A DNA stretch of 64,000 nucleotides. Origin: Heteronotia binoei (Eukaryota). The stretch is taken from positions 185,876,001 to 185,940,000 of the forward strand of contig NC_083224.1 in NCBI RefSeq assembly GCF_032191835.1, written 5' to 3'. Each line of letters begins with the position of its first letter. The first letter of the stretch is position 1. Shown here piece after piece: positions 26,101 to 38,667 of this stretch. The notes beneath the pieces are model-generated. The model did no database searches. It was given only the letters and a program-made list of their open reading frames with translations, and was not told where the DNA came from. Position numbers and translations under genes: made by a program.

Positions 26101-29100
26101 GCCCTGATCTTACCTAAGGAACAGGGGCAGATTTGTTTTGAATAAAGTAATCATATGAACCTTATAATTGCTGAGGGGGGAGCATTTAGTCTGGCCAGAA
26201 GCTCTTAGCCACAGAACGTCTATGTTCAGAGGCAGTCTACCTCTGAATAGCAGACGCTGGGGGATAAATGAAAGGGGAGGCTGTGGCCTTCATGACTCAC
26301 TTGTTGGCTCCCTGCAAATATCTGGCCAGCATCTGTTGGAAATAAAACGCTGGAATAGATGGGCCCTTCATGTGGTCCTCTAAGACCTGCCCTAGCTTTT
26401 TATCCAGAGAAGCTCTTCTTAAACACCTGGTGTCATAGATGCTAATCTGAGTTTGCCGAATGGCTATATTCTTCCAAGAAAACTGCTGGATCAGACCAGT
26501 GGTCCATCTCGATCAGCCTTCTGTTTCACACAGTGATAAATCAGAACCCCTGGAGGGACAACAAACAGGGCATAGAGACTTGTATAGCCTCTATGCTGTA
26601 TCCTCTCCCCTAGTTTCTGGGTTTTGAAGTTTCGTGGCCACTGGATATGGAGGTTCCCTTTGGGGGGGCGGGTATTGTATTTTTGTATTTGTGTGTGTGC
26701 ACCTGGAAGTCATGGTGACCTCTAGTGACTGACCCCTACGGGAGGCGTGGAGTATATAAAGCCTGCTAAATAAAGCCTGCCCCATCCTCCGGCCTGCTGG
26801 TATTCCAAGGAGGTCTCCCATCCAAGCCCTTGCCAGAGCTGACTCTGGTTAGCTTCCCTGCTGGGCTATCCTGGTCAGGGCAACATGGAGGTTTCCTTTG
26901 CTTAGCATGGCTTCAGCCATTGCTTTACCTATCGTCCATGAGTCTGACCTCAGAAACTCACATTCTCACCTTGTTTCTTCCTCTGTGACTGCATGCAGTT
27001 TCAGGATCGGTTCTTGGAAACGCCGCCGTCTAACAAGGCTGAACGTTCTTGCCCGCTGGACTACCACTGTGAGCCCAGCAGCATCCGGTTGGAGAACGTG
27101 CTTCTTCTCTCTGGCCTCCGGCAAGTGGAGGTGATAGAGGGCTGCCACTGCAGTCCAAGCCCAGCTGAGTGTCTCCGGTTGCCGTCCCTTAAAACCTTCT
27201 TCCCAGACTCCCCGCTGGAGAAGACCATAGATGTCGGCAAGTGCTCCATTCCACCGCATTCTGAAGGTACCCGACCTTGAGGAGACCTGGCTAGGTGGCA
27301 TTTTGTCAAGCACAGGGAAATGTTCATGAGCAAGAGCACAAGGCGGGTGTTGGGATCAGTTTCTCAAACGAATTGGCTTTTTCAGGGTGGGGTTAGGGTT
27401 GCCAAGTCCAGTTCAAGAAATATCTGGGGACTTTGGGGGTGGAGCCAAGAGCAAGGGTGTGACAAGCATGACTGCATGCCGAAGGGTGTTCTGGCCATCC
27501 CGTTTAAAGGGACTGCACATCTTTTAAATGCCTTCACTCCATTGGAAAATAATGAAGGATAGGGGCACCTTATTTTGGGGGCTCATAGAATTGGACGTCC
27601 TGGTCCAATCCTTTTGAAACTTGGAGGGTGTTTGGAGGAGAGGTACTGGAATCTATGCTACAAATTTGGTGCATCTACCTCAAAAAACAGCCCCCTCAGA
27701 GCCCCAGAGATCAGTTCTCCATTATCCCCTATGGGAATCAGTCTCCACAGGGAATCATCGAGTGCCCAGCAGACATTTCCCTCCCCCCCCCCAGCCCCGC
27801 TGCTTTCTGATGACCCTGAAGCGGGGGGGAGGGGGGGCTCCAGACCTGGGGATCCCCTGCCCCCACCTGGGGATTGACACCTCTAGATGGGGGGTCTTTT
27901 GTGGTCATGCGGTTTGCTACCTTTGGACCCTTCTCATTATGCCCTCTTGGTGCCACAGAGATCTTTGCTCCCTTTGGCAAGTGCTCTCTGCAGGGCATTC
28001 CCGGCATTTGGGGCAACAAGGAAGTATTTCTACCCACAAGGAGCCTAATGCCAAGGAGCCTGGCATTAGGGGCAACAAGGAAGTATTTCTACCCACAAGG
28101 TTGCCAGCTCCAAGTAGAGAAATTCCTGAAGATTTGGGGGGGGGGGGGTGGAGCCTGAGGAGGGCAGGATTTTGGGAGGGGCTTCAATAGGGTACAGTGT
28201 CCCACCACACTATAGCAGCCATTTTCTCCTGGTGAACTGATCTTTGTCAGCTGGAAACAGGGGCGCCAGCCTCCAGGTAGGACCTGGGGATCTCCCAGAA
28301 TTACAGCCCATCGACATAGATCCGGACGGGTAGCCGTGTTGATCTGAAGCAACAGAACAAAGTAGGAGTCCAGGGGCACCTTTAAAGGTGCTACAGGGTT
28401 CCTACTTAGCCCATCGAAGAGATCAGTTCCCCTGCCAAAAAAACGGATGCTTTGGAGGGTGGGCCTCTTTGGCATCAGTGTTCCCTTCAAGCTGAGTTAG
28501 TGTGAACTAGCTCTCCAGCTCACACATTTTTGTCTTAGCTCAAGGAAAATGGCCCCAGAGCACACTGATTTATTCAGTAGCTCATAATTTTGATGTCAGT
28601 AGCTCACAAAATAGAATTTTTGCTCACAAGACTCCGCAGCTTAGAGGGAGTATTGTTTGGCACTGTACCCCACTGAGGTCACTGTCCTCCCCAGGCTCCA
28701 TCCTGAAATCTCCAGGAGTTTCCCCAACCTGGAGCTGGCAACCCTACCCACCCCCTGTGCCCTGCCAGTCACTTGCCTAATATGCAAAGGAGTTCCTGCT
28801 ACAAAAGAAGCCCTGGGCAGCCCTACCTAGAACAAGCCAGAACCCCTCATTGCTTGGGATGGTGAGGAAAAAGTCTCCCTGGATGTCTTTTCAGACGGGC
28901 TGGTCTGCGTGCCCACACATTTTGACATGGTTCTGCTGAAGAGTCCCAACGGGAATGACGTGGTCCAAACACTGGAGAGCTGTGAGCTGAGAGAGTCTTG
29001 CTACCGGGTCTCCCATCGGGAATATTACTTTGAAGTCCTGCTCAACTCCGCCGGGGAAAGGCAGGAGCACCTGAAGGTCAGCTCTGGTCACCATCTGCCT

Positions 29101-32100
29101 TTTTTTAACATAAAATTTCACCATAAACAGCAAATATATCACAACTTAACAACAATGAAGGGTGCCAACCTCCTGCTGGTGCCTGGAGGTCACCTGCTGT
29201 TACTGTCGATCTCCAGACAACCAAGATCAGTTCCCCTGGAGAAAATGGCTGCTTTGGAGGGTGGACTCTATGGCGTTATGCTCCGCTGAGGTCCCTCCCC
29301 TCCTCAAAGCACACTCTCCCAAAGCTCCACCCCCCAAATCTCCAACTATTTCCCAACCCAGAGCTGGCAACCCTAACAACCACCACAGCATTCTTTTAAC
29401 ATAATCCTCCTCACTGCTGCCAAAACAAGAAAAATATAACGCAGTGTACATAAGAAATGCCTGAAAATTCCAGGAAAAACAAGGCAAACAGCAATAGAAA
29501 GGAGCTTTGCCTCTCGAAAGCTGATATCCCGAAAATCTTGTGGGTCTGAAAAGTGCTACTGGACTTGAATCTAGCTGTTCTACTGGAGACCAACTAGGGT
29601 TGCCAACTGTGGGTTGAGAAATACCTGGAGATTTGGGGTGGGGGGTGGAGCCCGTGAAGGGAACAAGAAGGTTTGTGGAGAAGACCTCTTTCTAGAGCCC
29701 GTTGTGTTTTCCTTCACAACAGGCCTTATTCCTAGTTGGGGTACAATGCTATATGGACCACCCTCCAAAGCAGCCATTTTCTCCAGGGGACCTAATCTCT
29801 GTTGTTCTAATTCTGGGAGATCTCCAGGCCCTACCTGGAGGGTGGCAATCCCAAGACCAACAAAGCTATCCTCTGAAAGTATACAAACCACTTCCTAAGT
29901 ACATCAACGAGGGAGCAAGCCTTCTCAACAATGGCTCCCCAATGGTGGAATCAACTACCAGAGGAGGTGCGAGCCCTGCGAGACCTAAATCAGTTTCGCA
30001 GGGCTTGCAAAACCGCCCTCTTTCAGCTTGCTTTTAGGATGAAGCCCGGGATATGACAGCTAGCCATCCTATACATACTCTGAATTGTAGCACCTTAATT
30101 GATAAATCACAATGGTTTACTTTGGTATCTAATTTTTAGTTTAACTTATGAATGTAACTTACCGGTAATCTATTTTAACTGTTTATAGTAATGATTGTAT
30201 TTTATTGTAACCATGGTACTTACCATGCCTTGTTAGCCGCCCTGAGCCTGCCTTTGGCGGGGGAGGGCGGGATACAAAAATAAATTTATTATTATTATTA
30301 TTATTACATGCAAACATCTGCTATTGTACAGCACAAATTGGATTTCCTGATTTCATTAACCGATAAAAGGCAACCGGATTTCTGCGCTGACCATGACCGC
30401 ATGCGCTTTATATGTGGTGATCCTATTCGGAATCGTTATCAACCAAATTTGATTCAGCTATTGCCTCAACACCAGAATCATCTGCTGCTTCCCCATTCAG
30501 CTGAAATTATTCTGTCTGCAAAATGCTTGACCAAAACACAGATGGGGGGGGGGATGTTCCTCTGATTTCCAGCTGTCTTGCCCAGTGGGGAACCGCCAGT
30601 CATTCCTTTCCTGCTCTTTGTCTTGCAAATCTTACAGGAAATCGATGTTGGCCGGTGCTTGGGGGGATGCGTCTCAGGGAAACGTTGCCTGCTGAGGTAT
30701 GTACAGCTGCTCTGGCCACATGATGCAGACAGGATAGGGTGGGAGGAGAGTGTAGGATGGGTTGTCACTTTCCTGGTGAGACCTGAAGTTTTCTCAGAAC
30801 CACAACAGATCTCCAGACAACAGAGATCAGTTCCAAGGGTTGCCAGCTCTGGGGTGGGAAAATCCTGGAGATTTTTGGGGTACAGCCTGGAGAGGATGGG
30901 GCTTGTGGAGAGGAGGGGCCTCAACAGGGTCTAATGCCATTGAGTCCACCCTCCAAAGCAGCCATTTTCTCCCAGAGAACTGATTTTGGTTGCCTGGAGA
31001 TCAATTGTAATAGTGGGAGATTTTCAGGTGCCACCTGGAGGTTACAAGAAAAATACAACCAGCATCATAACCCCAAATAACAAAATACAAACTGCAGAAG
31101 TTGTTATTAATATTAATCTCAATGTGCTGTTTATCCAAATGTTCTATATATGTGAAAACAAAGTTACAAATTACATCGTTCCCCTATTATGTATGTGCAT
31201 AAGCCCAAAAGTCTCCATAGCAATACAAACATGAATGCCACCGAAAGGGGGAAAAATCCCAATGTCTAGTTAAGTTCATTCTTCACTTCTTAGGGTGCCA
31301 AGACCCCCTACAAAGAGTATCCTGAACAAGGAGTCAACTGAGAACTTNNNNNNNNNNNNNNNNNNNNNNNNNNNNNNNNNNNNNNNNNNNNNNNNNNNNN
31401 NNNNNNNNNNNNNNNNNNNNNNNNNNNNNNNNNNNNNNNNNNNNNNNNNNNNNNNNNNNNNNNNNNNNNNNNNNNNNNNNNNNNNNNNNNNNNNNNNNNN
31501 NNNNNNNNNNNNNNNNNNNNATGCATTCTCTGAGCTGCTAGCTGGCTTGGCTTGGAGAAGTGATTTAAAGAGAGAAATGCCTCCTCCATGTCAGCCGACA
31601 GGATGGTGGGGGCTTCAAGAACCACACGATATGTATGAAAGAACCACATGAGCCGCAGTTTGGCCACCCTTGGTTTAAGTGGATGCGAAACTAGTTTCAA
31701 AATGCTGGCTGTTAAAGCAGAGAAGGACAGAGAGCTAGGATCTGAGAGACCCCAGTTCAAATCCTCACTGTATCAATGAAACTTGCTGGGCGACCTTGGG
31801 CCAATCGCATTTTTTTGCCTTTTTATAAGATTGCCAGCCTCCCAAGTGGTGGCTGGAGATCCCCCACTATTACAACTGATCTCCAGGAGACAAGAGATCA
31901 GTTCCCCCAGAGAAAATGGCCTCTTTCAAAAGTGGATGCTCTGGGATGGCACCCCACTGACGTCCCTCCCCTCCCTAACACTTGCCGCCCTCAGGCTCCA
32001 CACTCCGAATCTCCAGGTATTTCTCAACTTGGATGTGACACAGCCCTAGTGATTGTTGAGAGAATACAACGAAGGAGAGGAAAACTACATAAGCTGGGGT

Positions 32101-34576
32101 ATAAAATGAAGTGACCCCACCACCACTGTGACCTTTATGGCCCAGACTAGCCTCATAAGATTTATAGTTGGGATTTTTGGCCCCAACATACATTACTTTG
32201 CACTTGGCCATGTTGAACCTCATTTGCCATGTTGCTGCCCACTTGCCCAGCCTCGACAGATCCCTTTGGAGTGCCTCTCTGGTTCTCACCGCCCTGAACA
32301 ATTCAGTGTCATCCACAAACTTAGCCACTTCACAGCTTACTCCCAACTCCAAATAATTAATGAACAAGTTAAAAAAGCATCAGACCCAGTACTGCGCCCT
32401 GTGGTACCCTACTGCTTACCACCCTCCACTGCAAAAATTGCCCATTTATACTCACTCTCCGCTTCCTATTAATTAGCCAGTTTTTGATCCACAAGAGGAC
32501 TTGTCCTTTTACCCCATTAGATCTTGAAAGCTAAGCTGGGTTAACTGTGGTTAGTATTTGGATGGGAGACCATTAAGGAAATCCAGGGTGGCTGTGCAGA
32601 GAAAGGCAACGACAAACCCTCCTCCATTTGTCCCTTGCCTTCAAAACCCTGTGGCTTCAACTTAATGGCACTTTCTGCCATCTTCCTCTGGACAATAAAA
32701 AAGGGTGCACGATTAGATGTAGTTAAAGGTAAAGGAAGTCCCCTGTGCAAGCACCAGTCGTTTTTGACTCTGGGGTGACGTATTTTCATGGCAGACTTTT
32801 TATGGGGTGGTTTGCCATTGCTTTCCCCAGTCATCTAAACTTTCCCCCCAGCAAGCTGGATACTCATTTGACCGACCTCGGAAGGATGGAAGGCTGAGTC
32901 AACCTGGAGCTGGCTACCTGAAAACCCTGCTTCCACTGGGGATCGAACTCAGGTCATGAGCAGAGGGCTCTGACTACAGTACTGCAGCTTTACCACTCTG
33001 CACCATGGGGCTTTTTTAGATGTAGTTAATTAGATGTAGTTATGTATAGAAGACACACAACCACTGCTTCGTGGGCCAAAATGCATTTCCAGTGTATATG
33101 CCAGAAAATTGTATTTTTAGGAGGAAAAGTATGAATGTCGGAGGTCCTGTCCCCACATGCACATGCGCACACACACACACAGAGTAGGAGGATGTTAACA
33201 TCATTCCCCTATTATTTGCAAACGGTTGTGTATTGGGTGTTGATCTTTCTCCCGGTGTCCCTCCTTCTTCCCCACCCCAAGTGACAGACCAGCATAGAAA
33301 AGCCTCAAGTACCTGTGACATTCGAAAATGCACCTGGAGAAAGACTGTGAGAGTTAAGTTCATTCCCAGCCGCTCTGCCCACCTGGTGCCGTAGAGCAGA
33401 TATCCAGTGCTGGATTTATCCCTTTGCCAATATTGGAGGGGCACAAAGCCAGGGATAAAGGAGCTACCGAGGTCTACGCCCTCCCAAGCTGGAGGCATTC
33501 AGAGGTAGACTGCCCCTGAATATGAAGGTTCTGTTTGGTGATGGTGGGATGTAGGTAGGTTTATCCATAAGAATAACCCTGAAGGATCAAACCAAGTTTT
33601 CTTCTCCATGTCTATAGGCAGCGTAACCTCCTGAATGGTGGACCTGCAAGACATAAACATGAACATCAGATGTTTGAGAACATCAGATGTTTGAGAGCTG
33701 CAAGATAGGAAGGAAGGGAGGGAGGGAGGGAGGGAGGAAGGAAAGCAAATAGATGGGGAGAGGTGGAAAGAAAGCAACTTACTTCAAATGCATTCTCCAA
33801 ACTGCCAGCTGGCTTGGCTTGAAGAAGTGATTTAAAGAGAGAAATGCCTTCTCCAAGCCAGCCAACGAGGCAGTGGGGGCTTCAAGAGTCACACAATATG
33901 TGCGAAAGAACCACATGTGGCTCCCGAGCCCCAGTTTGGTCACCCAATTCAGGATTTGCTTGTATGGAGCCTTGTGGGGTAGGCCGGAATTTTTCATTCA
34001 GATGCACACGTTGAGCAGAAAAAAGAATGCCAGTAAAAAAAAAAAACCTCTGCATACATTAGAAGTCACAGGAACACATGAAGCCGCCTGAACGCTACGT
34101 CAAACCATTGCGCCAAACATTTAATTAGCTTTATAGTTCTTACAACAGCTATATAATGTAGGGCGACACACAACAACCCTGTAAAGTAGGACAACACAAC
34201 AACCCAGTAAGGTAGGACAACACAACAACCCAGTAAGGTAGGACAACACAACAACCCAGTAAGGTAGGACAACACAACAACCCAGTAAGGTAGGATGATG
34301 TTATCCCTGTAGTTCAGATGGAAGAAAGCCGCTTGGCAAAACTATTTATTGTATTCATAACTGAGACAAGGATGGGATTAGTTTGCAAGCCAACCAACGC
34401 TGCATTCTCTTCTTTTCCAACTCAGGGATTCCCACGCTCCGGACAAGTGCCTATTTTTGACAGAGGGCGTCTTCACCCGTTGCATCCCACGGCAGTATGA
34501 GACTCATACTTTCCGAAGCCGGAGTGGCCAGCTGCGCACTGTCTTCTCAATCCAGGCCTGCAAGTGCGATGTCTGA
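14154..34576 (+). CDS. pnhd: Pinhead, secreted cystine-knot repeat protein, 7 exons, 317 aa
   Basis: Exons 14154-14208, 22001-22096, 25099-25241, 26999-27266 (alternative in-frame acceptor 27005), 28895-29076, 30638-30696, 34426-34576. All GT-AG with matching phases (1,1,0,1,0,2); 954 nt. Signal peptide MVLMMMMFLWLFWISTFPAVASA, 20 Cys, three IDVGxC repeats (IDVGTC, IDVGKC, IDVGRC), C-terminus RCIPRQYETHTFRSRSGQLRTVFSIQACKCDV*. The architecture and position directly upstream of ADMP match Pinhead. Confidence 0.9.
15781..16052 (+). mobile_element. tRNA-derived SINE (gecko-type family); other copies ~6725-6993(-), 7058-7283(-), 7495-7720(+), 24719-24982(+), 35003-35272(-)
   Basis: Head AGCCAGTTTGGTGTAGTGGTTAAG...GGTTTGATTCCCC, shared body CACCTCACAGGGTGTCTGTTGTGGG, tail of TCT repeats. 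Confidence 0.8.
16068..16830. repeat. ~190 bp subterminal repeats of the hAT element
   Basis: CCATTATACCCTATGGGCCA...GGGACTCTCCCCTACAAA...GATT(G/A)GCC block at ~16070 and ~16258, with more diverged copies to ~16830. Confidence 0.7.
17019..17299. repeat. 123 bp tandem repeat (~2.3 copies) inside the hAT element
   Basis: Unit starts AGATGCCAGCTCTCCAGCCCTGCCCCAAAC at 17019, 17142 and 17265. Confidence 0.9.
18770..19770 (-). pseudogene. C-terminal part of hAT (Ac/ZBED-like) transposase with two frameshifts
   Basis: LIGDVSTRWNSTCAMLERMVEQR, ATMLDPRLKG, and dimerisation domain WPALSSVAKAFLSCPPTSVQSERVFS...VEQLVFLKVN, spread over three frames (19721-19488, 19518-19048, 19054-18770). Confidence 0.9.
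23295..23558. repeat. 28 bp inverted repeat pair in Pinhead intron 2
   Basis: CGCTAACAGGTCCTTCCACATTCAAAGG (23295-23322) vs reverse complement of 23531-23558 (CGATAACAAGTCCTTCCACGTTCAAAGG): 3 mismatches. Confidence 0.8.
31348..31520. other. Assembly gap (N run)
   Basis: 173 N, adjoining a MITE. Confidence 1.
32150..32518 (-). mobile_element. CR1 LINE reverse-transcriptase fragment
   Basis: LFNLFINYLELGVSCEVAKFVDDTEL...LQRDLSRLGKWAATWQMRFNMAKCKVM is a CR1 RT segment (FADDT-like). Confidence 0.85.
32725..33015 (-). mobile_element. Sauria SINE
   Basis: Reverse-complement copy with 12 bp TSD TTAGATGTAGTT (32713-32724, 33016-33027). Confidence 0.88.
34166..34295. repeat. 26 bp minisatellite (~4.5 copies) in Pinhead intron 6
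   Basis: Unit GTAAGGTAGGACAACACAACAACCCA. Confidence 0.9.
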
Positions 34577-34696
34577 AGAGGCATTTTTGTCTTCCCAGAA
34601 ACTGGAATCTTGCAACTGAAACGGGGGTACAGACTGCAAGCCGAGGGAGGGAGCAACGTGTACGATATGTAAATGAGAGACCATGGCGATTGTGTA

Positions 34697-34702
34697 AATA
34701 AA
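34697..34702 (+). terminator. Polyadenylation signal of Pinhead
   Basis: AATAAA about 120 nt after the stop codon at 34574-34576. Confidence 0.65.
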
Positions 34703-35809
34703 AATATATTTTGAAAGAAAGAACTGCACAAATCGGAACTATTTCTTCTCGGAAGAGACATCCAGGGTCCTTCATAGGGTTTCCAGTTTTGGTTTGGGAA
34801 ATATCTGGAAATTTGGGGAGTGGAGACTGGGAAGACCAACGTTTGGGGAGGAGAGGAACTTCAGCAGGGTACAATGCCATAGGGCCCACCCTCCTAAGCA
34901 GCCATTTTCTCCTGGGGAGCTGATCTCTGAAACATGTAAATCAGTTGTAATAGTGGGAGATCTCCAGGTCCTACCTGGAGATTGGCAACCTTAGTCACCA
35001 GTAGAAGAATTGCAGATTTATACCCCACCCTTCTCTCTGAATCAGAGACTCAAAGCAGCTTACAATCTCCTATATCTTCTCCCCCCACAACAGACACCCT
35101 TTGAGGTGGGTGGGGCTGAAAGGCTCTCACAGCAGCTGCCCTTTCAAGGACAACTCCTACAAGAACTCTGGCTGACCCAAGGCCATTCCAGCAGCTGTAT
35201 GTGGAGGAGTGGGGAATCAAACCCGGTTCTCCCAGATAAGAGTCCACACATTTAACCACTACACCAAACTGGTTGCCAACTTCAGGTGGGAACATTCCTG
35301 GAGATTTTGGGGAGGAGCCTGGAAAGGGCAGGGTTTGGGAAGGGAAGAAACTTCAATGGGGTATAATGCTATAGAATCTACACACAGCTCATTTTGTTGC
35401 AAGAACTTTTTTGCATATTAGGCCACACCCCTCTGATGTAGCCAAGTTGGCCCTGTAAGAACAGCCCTTTAAGCTCTTGGAGGATTGGTTACATCAGGGG
35501 GACATGGCCTAATATGCAAAGGAGCTGCTGCTACATAGTGAGCCCTGGGAACTACCTTCCAAGGCAGCCATTTTCTCCAGGGCAGCTGGTCTTTCGAGTC
35601 CAGAGGCCAGTTGTAATTCCAGGGAATCTCCAGCCACTAGTTGGAAATTGGCAGCTCTATTCCCTACCTCTGCCATGTACTAGTTGGGAGACAAACTGCA
35701 GGTGGAGACAAACTTGGAGGTCAGGACAATCCTATATCTCAGGTGTCTCCAGTGTAGTGCCCAATGCCCATGGGCGCCACAGCACCTGCCAAAACTTTTC
35801 CTGGCACCC

Positions 35810-36357
35810 CTGGCACGACTTTTGGCAATGGAAGTCTCCAGCTGTTGCATCGCACACCAGTATGAGACTCATAGGCTGAAATCAGATGTCCAGCTCAGGG
35901 CGGCATCAAGCTGGCCTGGAAGAAAGCCGGCCGGTAATAGAGCACCTGGGAGTGTCCCGGCAGCACTCAGGAGAGGGACGAGCTGCAGGCACCCCAGGGA
36001 GCGTCTGGAGTGCTCACACACTCCACCCGCAGCTCCCCTGGCACTCCCTGAGTGCTTCCTGGCCTTCCAGACGGCTGGGGAGGCGCCCTAGTGAAAAGAC
36101 ACCACTTTGAAAGTGCTGCCTTTTTGAGCCGGCTCCCGGCAAGCCAGAGGCAACTCAGAGAGGGGGCGGGACGGGGACGGCAGACAGATGTGTGCATGTG
36201 GACAACCTTTTTTGATCCACCTGCCTCCTGTCCCCGGGGCAGCTCAAACTGTCCATCTGTTATCATATGCTTTCTAAAGCTGGAGTGGCCATTTGCGCAC
36301 TCTCTTCTCAATCCAGGCTTGCAAGTGTGACATCTGAAGAGGCATTTTAGAAAGTGG
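35810..36357 (+). pseudogene. Degenerate duplicate of Pinhead last exon, split by a ~390 bp insertion
   Basis: 35812-35873 (...GTTGCATCGCACACCAGTATGAGACTCATA) matches 34451-34508. 36269-36357 (TTTCTAAAGCTGGAGTGGCCATTTGCGCACTCTCTTCTCAATCCAGGCTTGCAAGTGTGACATCTGAAGAGGCATTTT) matches 34509-34600. The second part reads AF*SWSGHLRTLFSIQACKCDI*, with CGA>TAA at 36275-36277. Confidence 0.85.
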
Positions 36358-38296
36358 GTAGGGGCAGGTAGGACTTTTACCCAGCAAGGCTTCTGACTTA
36401 CTGCTGGAGATTTGACTGGCTATGAATTTTTTTAAAAAATTGCTTTGGCAGCAGCTGCCATTACTGCATGAGGTAAGCCATGGCAGCCATTTTATCGCTG
36501 GCTGCACCTCCTGCAGCAACCATTTTCTGGCAGCCATTTTGTAGCTGCACTCTCCCGTGTCAGAATTCCAAAGGTGCCTGCAGGCTAAAGTTGCCGGGTC
36601 TGGGTTGGAAAATACCTGGAGACTTTGGGGGTGGATTTAGGATAGGGTGGGGTTTGAGGAGGGGAGGGGCCTTAGCAGGGTACAATGCCCTAGAGTCCAC
36701 CCTTCAAAGCAGCCATTTTTTCCAGGGGAGCTGATCTCTGCCAGCTGGAGATCAGCTGTAAAAGCGGGAGATCTCCAGGCCCTAGGGTTTCCAAGTCCAA
36801 TTCAAGAAATATCTGGGGACTTTGGGGGTGGAGCCAGGAGAAAGGGCAAGAATAATTGACAAGAATAATTGAACTCCAAAGGGAGTTCTGGCCATCACAT
36901 TTAAAGGGACCGCACACCTTTTTAAATATCTTCCATATAAAATAAGGATAGGGGCACCTTCTTTGGGGGCTCAAAGAACTGGGCCCCCTGGTCCAATCTT
37001 TTTGAAACTTGGGGGGTATTCTGGGGAGAGGCACTGGATGCTATACTGCAAATTTGGTGCCTCTACCTCAAAAAACAGCCCCCCCCAGAGCCCCAGAAAC
37101 CCGTGGAGTATCAATTCTCCATTATTCCCTATGGGAATCAGTCTCCATAGGGAATAATGGAGTGCTCAGCAGACATTTCCCTCCCCCTCCCACCCTGCTT
37201 TCTGATAACTCTGAAGCGGGGAGAGAGCCTCCAAACTGCAGGCTCAAAAAAGTGGGAGGGGAACCCCTTTTATATTTAATCAGGTTAGAGCTGCAGAACA
37301 CAGTGGGCTTTACCTCTGGGCCAATGCAGAGAGTTTTGGCAGGGCCAGACTGATGCCAGGGGATCGTGTCCCGCCACCCCACCTGAAACCTCCCCACCTT
37401 GGAAGCTTTTTTTGAAAATCAACTTTTCAGTTGTTTGAATGGAAAGAGCTTGATGTTTGGAATCAGTCTGTCCATTTAAAGCATCTTAATTTTTAAAATG
37501 TACTTCCTTCATTTGTAGCCTACCTTTCAGTCTTAGTGGGGCCCACTTCCATTTTATCCTTGCAACAACCCCATGAGGTAAGGTTAAGCTAAGAGTCACT
37601 TGAAGTCACGCAGCAAGCTTTCATGGCAGCATGGGGATTTGAACCTGAGTTTCTCAGATCTTATTCTTCTACTCCAGCTGTGTCTTGGATTTTTTTTTTT
37701 TCAAATATCAAAAGCTAATCAGGGTCGACCCTGGTCAATATTTGGATGGGAGACCACCAAGGAATACCAGGTCTGTGACGCGAGGCAGGCAATGGCAAAC
37801 CAACTCCGAATGTGTCTTGCCTTGAAAACCCTACAGGGTCACTTTAAGTCAGCTGTGACTTGATGGCTCTTTGCACACAGACACACACTCTCTCTCCATC
37901 ACTCTAGCCACTATACCACACTGGCTGTGGAGGGTTGTTGACATACTCCATCCAAAAGTGCTTCAAACACTCCTCTTGGCTCTGCCTACCCAAGATTTCC
38001 CATGGCTCAGGCTGACATTTTTCAAGATTACAGTCACCTCCTTATCCTTATGGCAAAAGCTCTATTGCCTCAGGTTACACCTCTAGAATCCCTAGAATGC
38101 CTGAAAAACCACTGCTGATTTTTTTTATTGCCTTTTTGGAATGCCTCACTAAAATTTTGTTAGAGCAAAGTCTGAGTCCAATGGCACCTTGAGAACCAAC
38201 ACATTTTATTCCAGGTATAAGTCAGGGATGGCCAAACTTGTTTAACGTAAGAGTCACATAGAATAAATGTAAGAAGTCTGAGAGCAGCAAAACATG

Positions 38297-38667
38297 NNNN
38301 NNNNNNNNNNNNNNNNNNNNNNNNNNNNNNNNNNNNNNNNNNNNNNNNNNNNNNNNNNNNNNNNNNNNNNNNNNNNNNNNNNNNNNNNNNNNNNNNNNNN
38401 NNNNNNNNNNNNNNNNNNNNNNNNNNNNNNNNNNNNNNNNNNNNNNNNNNNNNNNNNNNNNNNNNNNNNNNNNNNNNNNNNNNNNNNNNNNNNNNNNNNN
38501 NNNNNNNNNNNNNNNNNNNNNNNNNNNNNNNNNNNNNNNNNNNNNNNNNNNNNNNNNNNNNNNNNNNNNNNNNNNNNNNNNNNNNNNNNNNNNNNNNNNN
38601 NNNNNNNNNNNNNNNNNNNNNNNNNNNNNNNNNNNNNNNNNNNNNNNNNNNNNNNNNNNNNNNNNNN
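38297..38667. other. Assembly gap (N run) in the pnhd-admp spacer
   Basis: 371 N inside a MITE. Confidence 1.

Noticed and set aside
33281-33500. Possible Pinhead exon after exon 6 (acceptor at ~33280)
   Set aside because: In the required phase it hits TAG after five codons; 34426-34576 gives the correct cysteine-rich C-terminus.
11709-35272. tRNA genes
   Set aside because: The A/B-box-like heads belong to SINEs and run straight into SINE bodies; no complete cloverleaf was found.
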